63,236 nt of DNA, filler included, from Octopus bimaculoides (GCF_001194135.2; 3 parts of 3 records of this genome joined end to end with filler, not necessarily neighbours in it); one strand, 5' to 3'; counted from the whole stretch's first letter, positions 12,783 to 24,860 are shown. Notes: generated from the sequence alone by a model not told the origin. Program-made: numbers and translations.

Positions 12783-13429
12783 ATAATAATAATAATAATG
12801 ATAGTGGTTTCAAATTTTGACACACGGCCAACAATTTTCGGTGGAGGGGCTAAGCCAATTACTCTGATCCCAGTGTCCATCTGTTACTCATTTTATTGAC
12901 CCAAAAGGATAAAAGGCAAAGTCAATTCTGGTGAAATTTAACAGCAAAAACAACAACAATAATAATCTTTTCTACTCTAGGCACAAGGCCAGAAATTTCT
13001 GGGGAGGCGGGCAGTTGATTTGATCGACCCCCTCCTCAGTACAATAATAATAATAATAATAATGAGTTAATTTATTTGCCACAAGGGCGAAGGATGAGGG
13101 GGACAATACAGAGACAGACATAGTGTTGGGGGGTTTACATTTAATAATAAACTGATAAAAAAAGATGAAAGAAAGTATACATGGTATACACTGTAAAAGA
13201 AGGGACATATGCATAGCATACATAGGTTTAAAAAAAAGGGTGTAAGGAGGATGATAGAGATATGCCCCCCCCCCACCACCACTTCCTAATACAAGAAGGT
13301 CTCTAGGAATACTCGAGGAACCCCACTGTCTGAGATTTCAATGAAACCTCAGGTGCAAGTGCCCTCTCCAGTTCCTTGTCTCTGACTCACAGGTTTACAC
13401 TTAGAGAGGTATCATCCATTCTTGCCATA

Positions 13430-13640
13430 ATCTTTTCTAGTATAAGTACAAGAGCTAAAATCTTTTGTGGAGAGGCTAGTTGATTACATCGACCTCAATG
13501 TATGACTGGTACTTATTTTATCGACTCCCAGAAGGACGAAAGGTGAAGTTAACCTTGGTGGAATTTGAACTCAAAGCACAAAGCTAGAAGTATCCCTTAA
13601 CCATTTTGCCAGATGCAGTAATGATTCTGCCAGCTCACAA
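13430..13640 (-). mobile_element. Family A SINE
   Basis: GTACAAGAGCTAAAATC...GGAATTTGAACTC...GATTCTGCCAGCTCAC. Confidence 0.8.
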
Positions 13641-13655
13641 TCTTAATAATAATGG

Positions 13656-13814
13656 TTATGCTGGTTTGGTCATGTGATGGGGATGGACGAGGACAGTTGC
13701 CCAAAGAAATGCCAATCACTTAAAGGGGAGGGAAGCTGTGGAAGAGGGGAACCTAGGAAGTCACAGGACAAAGTATTGAACGCCAATCTCAAAACACTGA
13801 ACCTCATGACTTAG
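13656..13814 (+). pseudogene. RTE-clade LINE ORF C-terminal fragment
   Basis: Translates as LCWFGHVMGMDEDSCPKKCQSLKGEGSCGRGGPRKSQDKVLNANLKTL, matching the LRWFGHVxRM...GxRGRPRKxW motif that ends RTE ORFs. Confidence 0.8.
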
Positions 13815-13879
13815 ATGACCTGCCCTCTATGACAGAACCGAGATCCTAAAACCAAAGTGCCACGTAATAAGTATTGATA

Positions 13880-14065
13880 GGGGTGCTGGTGCACCCAGGA
13901 CACTTTGTGGAGTGGTTGGTGTTAGGAAGAGCATCCAGCCGTAGAAACTAAACCAAAACAAACTATAGGATCTGGTGCAGCCTTTGGTCTTATCAGTTCC
14001 TGCCAAACTGTCCAAACCCATGCTAACATGGAAAACAGATGTTAAATGTTGATGATGATGATGAT
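13880..14065 (+). mobile_element. Family C tail with (GAT)n end
   Basis: GGAGTGGTTGGTGTTAGGAAGAGCATCCAGCCGTAGAAAC...CCATGCTAACATGGAAAACAGATGTTAAATGTTGATGATGAT. Confidence 0.8.
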
Positions 14066-14239
14066 ATATACATACATAGATATTTTGTAACTGGATACCT
14101 TCAAGTGTTCTTTGATGACCAGTTGTCGTTGAGTATGAAAATGCACTTGAAACACCTATAACAGGGTTCCAAACGAACATAATGGTGAAACATGCAAGGA
14201 TCCATGATATAAACTTGTGTTATCCTTATTTCTCACACG

Positions 14240-14302
<63 letters not shown>

Positions 14303-14911
14303 TGCTGTATTAACCTCTAAATGTGTTAATCTGACTATCTATTTTAAACTCTACTGTTTCCAACACACTTATATATATTTAGTGTATTAATCAGATGAAA
14401 GGATGATGTTGCTGTTGTTGTTGTTGCTATGATGAAATGATAATGTTGTTGTTCATGTTAAAGCAGCTGTTATATAGCTACATTGCCGATAAAACATCAA
14501 CTTCAATTATCTATTGGCTGCAAGGTATATATGTTAAACTCATCATTTCTCATAACTCCAGTAATAGTAGTAGCAGCAGCAGCAGCAGCAGTAGTTGTTG
14601 TGTTAATGTAACAGTAGTGGTGGTCGTAGTGGTCATTTTTATTATTATAGTGGCATCTTTATAATTACAATAATTAAGGTGTGATAAGCTGGCAGAATCA
14701 TTAACAAAAAGGTTTGCAACATTTTTTTAGGCTCTTTACTTTCTGAATTCGTTTTCTGATGAGGTTGATTTTGTCTCTAATCCTTTCAGGGGTCAATAAA
14801 ATAATCACCAGATAGGCCCCAGGGTCTGCTTTGCTTGTTGCAAAATTAGCGACTGAGTGGTGCTTGATTTTCTATATATCAAACTGCAGCAAACTAGTGC
14901 CGTCTCTTGCA

Positions 14912-14978
14912 GACAGGGTGTCCAGCACTGAGGATGGGCAATACTAGCCTGAAACCACACTGGTCTGTTGGTCCTGTC
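14912..14978 (+). ncRNA. Type I hammerhead ribozyme (complete fold, GUC cleavage after 14965)
   Basis: Stem I: GACAGGG-[UGU]-CCAGCA (14912-14927) pairs with UGUUGG-UCCUGUC (14966-14978). Core CUGAGGA 14928-14934 plus an extra U. Stem II GGGC/GCCU with loop AAUACUA. GAAA 14951-14954. Stem III ACCA/UGGU with loop CAC. C17 = 14965. Confidence 0.85.
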
Positions 14979-15261
14979 ACTAGAAGGTGGTAGGGGTTTG
15001 TTCCCCTGATTGCAATATATTAGATGCAGCTGTGCATCATTAACCAGTTAGAGGAAATGTCCTTTTGGGGTTAAAAAAATTATAGTAATATCCGTTCATA
15101 TGGAACAGCAATGTTGAAGTAGGGAGTAACTGTTGTGGAAGGATCCTGACCACCCCCACGTAACCAAAAAGTGGTCAGATGCATTTCAATGAAATAAAGA
15201 AACGTGGGCTGGTATTCACTCCTGAATTATTTGCTCATTATTGGAATTGCCTGATTGGCCT

Positions 15262-15457
15262 TCATGCCGGTGGCACGTAAAAGCTCTCACTACACTCTCG
15301 GAGTGGTTGGTGTTAGGAAGGGTATCCAGCTGTAGAAACTCTGCCAAATCAGATTGGAGCCTGGTGTAGCCATCTGGCTCACCAGTCCTCAGTCAAATCA
15401 TCCAACCCATGCAAGCATGGAAAGTGGACGTTAAACGATGATGATGATGATGATGAT
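15262..15457 (+). mobile_element. Family C retroposon, 3' part with (GAT)n tail
   Basis: Near-exact reverse complement of 9408-9590. Confidence 0.9.
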
Positions 15458-15954
15458 TGGAATTATTTTCACACTATGATTTGGTGCAAAACAAATCAGA
15501 GCATCACAGACTTGAACGTGATGGGTTGGGAGATTTTTCATCATGGTAATACGTGCTGAGAGAGGAGAGGCTATAATGCCAGTCCATGTGAGTCCCAAAA
15601 CTAGAAAATATTTAGCTGGTTGCTATATAGGTATGCTGAATGATCTTCTTGACCCTTTTGCTCATAGATGGTTGATTTCTGTAGTTATTATCAGTGTTAC
15701 TTTTTTCGGCAGTTAGATAAGAGTTTTGACTGTTATTTCCAGCAGGTAAACATACTCAGTATGTCTTTTGATTAATATAAATTTTAATCCTTCAGCTATT
15801 TAATACTTTTCTGGGGCTTGCAATTGCCTATATTATTAATTCTGTTATTATCAATTTAATTATATTACCCTAGATAATAATAGAGTTAATAATATCTTCA
15901 CAACTATTCACTCCTGAGTTATTTGTTCATTATATATATATATATATATATATC

Positions 15955-15998
<44 letters not shown>

Positions 15999-16078
15999 TG
16001 TACATATATAATATATATACACACACATATATGTATATATATATATATATACATACATATATATATATATTATATATA

Positions 16079-16272
16079 TATATACATCTATATATCTGTA
16101 TACATATATATACATCTATATATCTATATACATATTTATACATCTATATATCTATATACATATATATCTATCTATATATCTATATACATATATATACATC
16201 TATATATCTATATACATATATATACATCTTATATCTATATGCATATATATACATCTATATATCTATATACAT
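16079..16272. repeat. 28-bp minisatellite, about 7 copies, inside a (TA)n-rich tract
   Basis: CATCT anchor at 16085, 16113, 16141, (16169), 16197, 16225 and 16252. Confidence 0.85.
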
Positions 16273-16273
16273 A

Positions 16274-16309
<36 letters not shown>

Positions 16310-17829
16310 CACACATATACATATATACATACATATATACAAACATATATATACAAACATATACATATATACATACACCCCCACACACGCATATACACAT
16401 GCATATACACATGCATATATATACATATATATCCTCATTTAGGCAGACACTTTTCCATGCTTGCATTGCCCAGATGAAACGAGGTAGATTCACAATGGTT
16501 GCATGTACTCCCTTCCTCTCTTCAGCCTGTTTCAAATCAAAGCCTCTTAGCAGGACATATTATTGTGGAAGACTAGAAATGAATGACACTGCTTGTATGA
16601 CAGTGACTCTCACTTACAAATATCATGTGATGTCAAGACAGAAGGATTCAAAGACAGACTTGCTTTGTCCTTCCTTCTTCTCTCTCTCCCTCCCCAGTCT
16701 CTCTGTAAATGCTTGTAATGGCATATTTTTCCATTCTCCATCATAAGTGTGGGAATGGAATATATATATATATATATATTGTATTTGTGTAACATTGTCT
16801 GTTTTTTTCCGTCTTTGTTTTCGTATACATTCGCTGTTTTCTTCCAAGGAATCTAATGCTCTTAGCTTAGTTTTTCTTCGGAGCTGGTCAGATTGGAGCA
16901 ACCTCAAGTATAATCAGCTGAAATTGCGAAGATAATCTGAAACTTGACTGAGGAAAGAAAACTCTGAATGACCCGTCCTTGTTTTCTTTGTATCGTCCAT
17001 CTGGATTCTGGATGTATCCCTTTCTTGTATCACCTAACTGCCAAGATGTTTTGCTGTCTTGTCCCATTTTGTATTTTCATATATATATACATACATACAT
17101 ATATATANNNNNNNNNNNNNNNNNNNNNNNNNNNNNNNNNNNNNNNNNNNNNNNNNNNNNNNNNNNNNNNNNNNNNNNNNNNNNNNNNNNNNNNNNNNNN
17201 NNNNNNNNNNNNNNNNNNNNNNNNNNNNNNNNNNNNNNNNNNNNNNNNNNNNNNNNNNNNNNNNNNNNNNNNNNNNNNNNNNNNNNNNNNNNNNNNNNNN
17301 NNNNNNNNNNNNNNNNNNNNNNNNNNNNNNNNNNNNNNNNNNNNNNNNNNNNNNNNNNNNNNNNNNNNNNNNNNNNNNNNNNNNNNNNNNNNNNNNNNNN
17401 NNNNNNNNNNNNNNNNNNNNNNNNNNNNNNNNNNNNNNNNNNNNNNNNNNNNNNNNNNNNNNNNNNNNNNNNNNNNNNNNNNNNNNNNNNNNNNNNNNNN
17501 NNNNNNNNNNNNNNNNNNNNNNNNNNNNNNNNNNNNNNNNNNNNNNNNNNNNNNNNNNNNNNNNNNNNNNNNNNNNNNNNNNNNNNNNNNNNNNNNNNNN
17601 NNNNNNNNNNNNNNNNNNNNNNNNNNNNNNNNNNNNNNNNNNNNNNNNNNNNNNNNNNNNNNNNNNNNNNNNNNNNNNNNNNNNNNNNNNNNNNNNNGAC
17701 TGAAACAAGTAAAAGAGTAAAAGAGCATATGTAATTACTTGGACTTTCGGTATATGTCTCTTGGTATGTCGATTAAAGCCCATTCACCGTTTGGGCTACC
17801 TGATGTCATCCACAGTAATATAATTTTCA

Positions 17830-18067
17830 AGGCAGCGAGCTGGCAGAAACGATAGCATGCCGGGCGAAATTCTTAATGGGTTTTTGTCTGCCGCTATGTT
17901 CTGAGTTTAAATTCCGCTGAGGTCGACTTAGCCTTTCATCTTTTCGGGGTTGATTAAATAAGTACCAGTTACGCACTGGGGTCGATGTAATCGACTTTAT
18001 CCCTTTGTCTGTCCTTGTTTGTCCCCTCTGTGTGTAGCCCCTTGTGGGCAATAAAGAAATAAGTAAC
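17830..18067 (+). mobile_element. Full-length family A SINE with 13-bp target-site duplication
   Basis: AATATAATTTTCA at 17817-17829 and 18068-18080 flanks the complete head, body and tail. Confidence 0.92.
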
Positions 18068-18108
18068 AATATAATTTTCACTGGATCTATGTCAGGAAAT
18101 CTGCAGTG

Positions 18109-18533
18109 TTTGTTGAATTTATAGTTGATAAAGGAACCGGAAGATGGATTTATTCAGCACGGTAATCATTTCCACCCATCCTCAATCTGTCCGATAGGGG
18201 TAGAATATTGTGCATCTTATTTCTTTACTGCCCACAAGAGGCTAAACATAGAGGAGACAAACAAGGACAGACAAAGGGATTAAGTCGATTACATTGACCC
18301 AGTGTGTAACTGGTACTTAATTTATTGACCCCGATGTTGTGCATCTTGCTGCATTGTATCAATCAGTGCAGGCTGTGTCACTTCAGATGCTTGGTGTAGG
18401 ATGCACCTGAAGTGTAAGATGCACCTGTAAGAAGTACCTGAAGTGACACAGATGCAGGATGAAATGGTTGTAGTGCTGAATAAAGATTTATACTAAATCC
18501 ATCTTCTGTCTCTTTTATCAACTATGAACAAAT
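18109..18533. mobile_element. MITE/foldback-like element with long imperfect terminal inverted repeats
   Basis: 18109-18182 is an imperfect reverse complement of 18456-18533 (ATAGTTGATAAA, GAAGATGGATTTA and TTCAGCAC blocks). A perfect inner 14-bp inverted repeat lies at 18373-18386/18438-18451. Confidence 0.65.
18219..18336 (-). mobile_element. 5'-truncated family A SINE nested in the MITE, 11-bp target-site duplication
   Basis: TTGTGCATCTT at 18208-18218 and 18337-18347. Confidence 0.85.
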
Positions 18534-18714
18534 ATATGTCTGCATATATATATATATATATATATGCATGCATGCATGTGTGTGTGTGTGCAATGTCATC
18601 TTGACATTATGTGATTGTTGTAAACAATTGTCACAGTCATACAAGTAGTTTCCAGTCTTCCATAAAAACATGTCCGGTCATGGGGAAACATGAACTTGCT
18701 TGGAAACAAAAGAT

Positions 18715-19110
18715 GGTTGGGTGGATGGATAGATGGATGGATGAAAAGACAGAAGTATGGATGGGTGGATGAAAGGATTAATGGATGGCGGTATGGGTGG
18801 ATGGGTGGAGGACTGGATGGAAGGAAGGATAGATGGATGATTGGATGGTTGACAGTAGAAGGTAGTGGCTGATGAGATGTGGTGACAGGAGTTCAAGAGA
18901 TTGGATGGTGGATGGCTCGTGGAGGCGGTGGTGCTGGTGGCTGAGGGTAGCCAGTGAATAAGGGTGGATTGTAATAGAGGGTAGATGGTAGTTCAGGATA
19001 GATGGTGGAGGGATTGTAGCAGTGGTGGATAATGTTGAGATTTTATGGTAGTTAAGGGTGGATAGCATTTAGGGGTAGATGGGGGTAGTTCAGGGGTGGA
19101 TGGTTAGATG
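18715..19110. repeat. Degenerate (GGAT)n / G-rich simple repeat
   Basis: Direct inspection. Confidence 0.8.
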
Positions 19111-19782
19111 GAGGATGTGATCTTTGAATTTGGCAAATTAATCTTGTAGAAGCATTTGGTGAAGGTTTTTATTTTTAAACCTAGCAACATTGATTAATGG
19201 TCAGCACTATAAATTTGGGTGGGGTGGCAGTGGTTGGGGTGGTGATGGCGAGTAAAGTGATCTGAGAAAGGGAGGGAGGGAGTCAAAATGAGGGAAAAAA
19301 AACTAAAGACAAAAAAAAAAGTAAAGAACTAGGTGGAAGGGTAGATGCTATGGCACTCCACTTTGTGTTTCACTACATTAAAATAATATTTTCAGTTAAT
19401 GAAATTGGATTCCAATTGAAAAAGGCAAAAAAAGATATTAATTAAAATTTTGGCTTCAATAATTCTGCTGGATGACTGGGATGAAAAACTACTCATGATG
19501 ATGATGACATCAATGATGATGATGATGATGATGACACTGCTGCTGCTGCTGTGGATGATAATGATGACATTGATGGTGATGATGACAGCAACGATGATGA
19601 TGAGGTTGTTGGTGGTGGTAGTGGTGGTGATGCTGATGATGATGACAATGATGATGGGGACGATAACAATGTAATTGTTTTTATTATTATTAATAATAAT
19701 CTTCTTCTTAATAATAATAATAATAATAATAATAATATTAACAACAACAAAACAACAAAACAATGCAAAATAACCACAGCAA

Positions 19783-19816
<34 letters not shown>

Positions 19817-20286
19817 GTTGTTGTTGTTGTCATTGTTGTTGTTATTACTTTTACTTTTCTTTCCCCTCATCTTTTATGTAAACCCCCGTCATACATTGTA
19901 GACTGTCCTTGTGATGTACCCCTCATCTATGCCCCTATGGCAAATGAAAGAAATCATTATTGTTGTTCTTGTTAATAATAACAATGAGAATTATGATGAT
20001 TATGGTGATGATGATCAATCTGGAACAAAGGATCTAAATTTCAAGATGAAATGGAATTCTGTAATGTTCATGCCTCTCCCAAGGGCATTATCTGTGTAAG
20101 TGATGCAAGCTGGCCTCAAGTAACAATTGCAAGTGATTCAGAGTCTTGGCTTGCTAGAAGCTTCTAACTTACTCTCAAATTCACAGAATAACAACAACAA
20201 CAGTGATAATAATAATGCTAGGAATGCTCAAAAAGTTACTGAAAATAGTAGAAAAATTCAAGAAAAGAAGGTAGGACAATGGAGGA

Positions 20287-20830
20287 AGGTGGTGGAAAGA
20301 AATGAAATTACATGGCCAATTCCTGCAACAAACTGAGGTTGTTTGAAGTAAAGAACATTGGCCATAGCTGACAGATTGAAGCCTGGAATGAGAGACAGAA
20401 GGGCTAATTATAGCCACTCAGGTACATGTCATTAGGATGAAACTGGTAAAGGCGAGGATTGAAAAGACTCAGTCAGAGAGCAAATGAAGAATCTGTTGGA
20501 AAGGTGACAAAAGTATCAGTCACCTCTTAAGTGAATGCAGTAAACTAGCACAAAAAGAGTGTAAGTCTTGGCATGACCGTGTAAGTATAAGTTTGCATTG
20601 GGATGTTAGCCAAGTGTGTGGCTTTGAGATAACAGGAAAGTGATATGAACATGAGAAAGAGGTTGTGATTGAAAAAAGGAACTGCAGGATCTTATGGGTC
20701 TTCATCAGAAAGACTGACCATACTATTTAAGCAAGAAGACCAGATATGATTATAAAGGACAAAATGAATGAACAGTGTGAGATCATAGACTTTGTAATTC
20801 AATATAATAACTGGGTCAATATCAAATTGA
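20287..20830 (+). pseudogene. R4/Dong-like non-LTR retrotransposon C-terminal fragment (CCHC knuckle plus restriction-like endonuclease)
   Basis: One frame with scattered stops: WWKEMKLHGQF...ETEGLIIATQ...*RICWKGDKSISHLLSECSKLAQKECKSWHDRV...LHW...*YEH...ILWVF...TDHTI*ARRPDMIIKDKMNEQCEIIDF. Confidence 0.85.
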
Positions 20831-20989
20831 AGACTAAAACTGAAAGACATTGGAATTGAGATCTGCTGGAAAGTTCCATCCGATACTCTGCAATAATCCT
20901 AAGAAAGATTCTTAAGATTTAAAGAGACATCTTGTCATCAAACCTCAAAATAACACATCTTCTAATTAAGTTAGCATGTAATAGCTGGG

Positions 20990-21412
20990 GTTGACTATGC
21001 TTTTCATCTTTTTGGGGTTCGATGAAATAAGTAACAGTTAAGTATTAGGTTGAGGTAAATGATTAGCCCCTCCCCACAAATTTCAGGCCTTGTGCCTATA
21101 GTAAAACAGGATTATAATTATTATCATTATTATTATTATTATTATTATAGTTATTATTATAATCATCAGTATTATTTTTATTATAAGAATAATAGGAACC
21201 CTTTCTACTAAAGGCACAAGGCCTGAAATTTGGAGGAGGGGGCCTGTTGATTAGATTGCCCCCAGTATGCAACTGCTACTTAATTTATCGACCCCAATAG
21301 GATGAAAGACAAAGTCAACCCGGGCGGAATTTGAACTCAGAACGTAAAGATGGATGAAATGCTGTCAAACGTTTTGCCTGGCATGCTAACGATTCTGCCA
21401 GCTCGCTGCCTT
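20990..21412. mobile_element. Two family A SINEs in inverted (tail-to-tail) orientation
   Basis: 3' part on + at about 20990-21105; complete copy on - at about 21200-21412, separated by an (ATT)n tract. Confidence 0.85.
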
Positions 21413-21718
21413 CTATAGAAATAATAACAACAACAGCAACAACTATAATAATCCTGATGATGATAATGATGATGATGATGGTGATGAGGATGAGAGGGCA
21501 AGTGATAGAGAAAGGGGGAAGATGGGTATGCAGGTTAAGGTGAGACATGCCACAAAATCCAGCTGGTTACCTTGAAATATCATTTGCAGATATTTTCCCA
21601 TTCAGCGGAAAGTTTTAAAACAAATATTGTTGAAACTGTTTTACCCAGAGAGAAAGCACCACTTCTTTGGTGCTCGCTAAGACATCATGAAAAGTAGAAG
21701 AAAAAGAAGACAAATCCT

Positions 21719-21826
<108 letters not shown>

Positions 21827-22089
21827 GTATGTATATATAGGAACAAAAATTAGAATAAAAAAGGATGAGGAGAGAAAAGGAAAGGAACGAAGCCATAAGC
21901 CAAATATAGGAAAACAGGGTCAAACTAAATATTTATAGATGACATGGTTTCTATTATTATTTATATCGACAGTAGTCTTATTGTTGTTGCTGTTGTTGTT
22001 GTAGGGGTGTTAGTTTCTTTTCTGTTTGATATATTTGGTTGTTTGGGTGTTGTATAAACATGTGTAAAAATGTGTATGTCAATATATAG

Positions 22090-22461
22090 TAAGATGATGA
22101 TGATCATCATCATCATCGTCGTTAGCATCATCATCATTATCACTGTCAATGCCATTGTCATTATCATGGTCATCATTTTCATTGTTAATGTCATCGGTGT
22201 AATCATCATTATATTGTCATGATCATCGTCGACGTCGTCATCATCATCATCGTCATCGTCATCCTCATAATCATTGTGATTGCCATGGACATTCTAATCA
22301 TCATCATTATCATCATCCTCGTTATCATCATCATTGTCATCATCGTCATCACTATCATCATCATCAACATCATCACCATCATCATCGTCGTCATCATCTT
22401 CAACATCATCATCGTCATCATCATCATCACCATTGTCATCATCCTCATCATCACCATCGTC

Positions 22462-22462
<1 letters not shown>
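22090..22462. repeat. Degenerate (CAT)n microsatellite
   Basis: Direct inspection. Confidence 0.9.
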
Positions 22463-22503
<41 letters not shown>

Positions 22504-22504
22504 G

Positions 22505-22660
22505 CAATAGGCTTCTTTCTGTTTCCATCTATCAAATCCACTCACAAGCCTTTGGTCAGCATGAGGCTATAAAAGAAGACACTTGCCCAAGCTGCTACGC
22601 TGTGGGACTGAACCCAGAATGACATGGTTGGGAAGCAAGTTTCTTACCACTCAACCACAA
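22505..22660 (-). mobile_element. Family B SINE head
   Basis: GGCTTCTTTCTGTTTCCATC...GACACTTGCCCAAG...GGGACTGAACCCAG...CTTACCACTCAACCAC. Confidence 0.8.
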
Positions 22661-23522
22661 GATATACATCATCACCATCACTATCATATCATGTTAATGT
22701 CCACTTTTTCATGTTTGGATCGGCCATGCTGTTCTACATATTCTGAGTTCAAATTCCACTGAGGTTACCTTTGTCTTTCATTTCTTCAGGGACTGATAAA
22801 CTGAGTACCAGTCAATTACTAAACAACTTATTTCCTCCCCTCAAAATTGCTGGCCCTGTGCCAAAATTTGAAACCATTATGTTTAGCTAGTGAGTGCAAG
22901 TATGACTGTTTGGATAAGAAGTCTAATTCATGTGCGTGTATGTGTGTGTGTGCGTGCATGTGTGCATGTGTGTATGTGTGCGTGCATGTGTGTGTGTTAT
23001 TCTTCTTTAAAGAACAGATTTAAGTATACATAGAGTAAAAACATGAAAAAGAGAGGGGAATGAAAGGGGTGGGGGAGTGGTTGGTTGGGTGGATTGTTGT
23101 TGAGGAGGGGTGGGCACAGAGGGAAAAGAAGGGTATAGGGCGAAGGGTGAGGGCAGGTGAGATAGAGATATGGGATGGGTAACTCAGTGTTAGGTGTATG
23201 GAACATTGGACAGCAGGGAGGGCAGAGACACATGGTGGGGGATTTGGAAAGAAATATTGGAATGAGTGGTGAGTGTACCTTATATTTAGATACAGAAACC
23301 CAGGTGAGGAGAAATGCTTCAGGTAGATTATATACATACACACCCCGTGCGTGTGCACACGCGTACGTGCACGCACACACATGCCCTCTCACATATGTGT
23401 ATATGTTTATATATCTATATATATTAAATGTGCATATATATATAGATAGACATGCACACACACACACACACACACATATATGTATATATACATGCATTCA
23501 TACAAATGTACATATACAGATA

Positions 23523-23568
<46 letters not shown>

Positions 23569-23577
23569 CACATATGA

Positions 23578-23880
23578 ATAGCTATCTATCTATTTATCTA
23601 TTTATCTATCTGTCTATCTATCTGTCTGTCTGTCTGTCTGTCTGTCTACATATCTGTATGTCTGTTTATCTATCTATCTATCTATCTATCTATCAATCTA
23701 CATATCTGTCTGTCTGTCTGTTTATCTATCTATCTATCCATCTATCTATCTACATATCTATCTATCTATCTATCCATCTATCTATCTATCTACCTACCTA
23801 CCTACCTACCTATATATCTATCTATCTACATATCTATCTACATATCTATGTATCTATCTATCTATCTATCTCTCTATCTA
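23578..23880. repeat. (ATCT)n/(GTCT)n tetranucleotide array
   Basis: Direct inspection. Confidence 0.92.
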
Positions 23881-24393
23881 ATTTGGTTTTATTTGTTTGT
23901 TTCTTTGTACCAGTTGTTCTTATAATATGAATAAACATATCATCACTAAAAATCAGATTCTTTCAATTTCCTTTGATCTCTTACACTTATCATTTTGAAT
24001 AAAAATACTATTTTTTTGTACAACTGTGAAATATTTCTCAGTACAATTCCTCTGTGTGTGTATGCACAAACCTATGTATATTTCCACACACACACACATA
24101 CACACCTACACATGTAATCTAACACTGAAATATATATGTACACATACATATATATATATACATACATGTGTACATGTGTGTGTCTGTGTGTATGTGTATG
24201 TGTGTGTTTGCATGTGTTTCCGAAGGAGTATGAAGAAAAATAGCATTATGTTTTCATTTCGAACTCTTTGGCCCAGGATTTTGCCACATGTGGTTATGAC
24301 ATCACCATTTCTCTGAATCTTCCTGCCGATATTCTTCAGAAATAGGATGAAAGGAATGACAGTGGGAGATTTTGTTTTCTTTTAATATCTCCC

Positions 24394-24860
24394 CTTCCAT
24401 CCATCCATCCATCCATCCATCCATCCATTCTATCCACACCTCTATCAATCCATCCAGCTATCCATTCATCCACCCATTCTTACCTCCATCCAACCGTGTA
24501 CCCATCCATCCACCCATCCTTACCTACATTAATCCATCCATCCATCTATTCATCCACCCACCCATCCATCCATCCAGCCAACCAGCCACCCATCCACACC
24601 TCCATCCATCCATCCACTCATCCACACCTCCATCTGTTCATCCCTCCACACCTCCATCCATCCATCCATCCATCCATCCATCCATTCAGCCAGCCACACA
24701 TCCACCCGTTAATCTCTCCACACCTTCATCCATCCACCCATCCACACCTCTATCCGTTCATCCCTCCATTCACCCATCCACACCTCCATCCCTCCATCTC
24801 CCATCCCTCCATCTCCCATCCCTCCATCCACCCTTCTCTCTCTCCCTCCATCCATCCACT
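24394..24860. repeat. Degenerate (ATCC)n array
   Basis: Direct inspection; source of the HPSI-repeat ORFs. Confidence 0.9.

Noticed and set aside
13330-13430. Possible 3' end of an L1/Tx1-like ORF on the minus strand (MARMDDTSLSVNL*)
   Set aside because: Too short to assign without a search.
19062-19100. G-tract cluster, possible G-quadruplex
   Set aside because: Long loops, and it is part of a degenerate GGAT repeat; non-specific.
21570-21685. Minus-strand exon-like segment ending CAAG|GTAACC
   Set aside because: Stops in all three frames and only a moderate acceptor; no supporting evidence.
22023-22039. TGTTTGATATATTTGGT resembles the 3' part of miR-190 as I recall it
   Set aside because: The 5' seed bases are absent and no complementary star arm is nearby.
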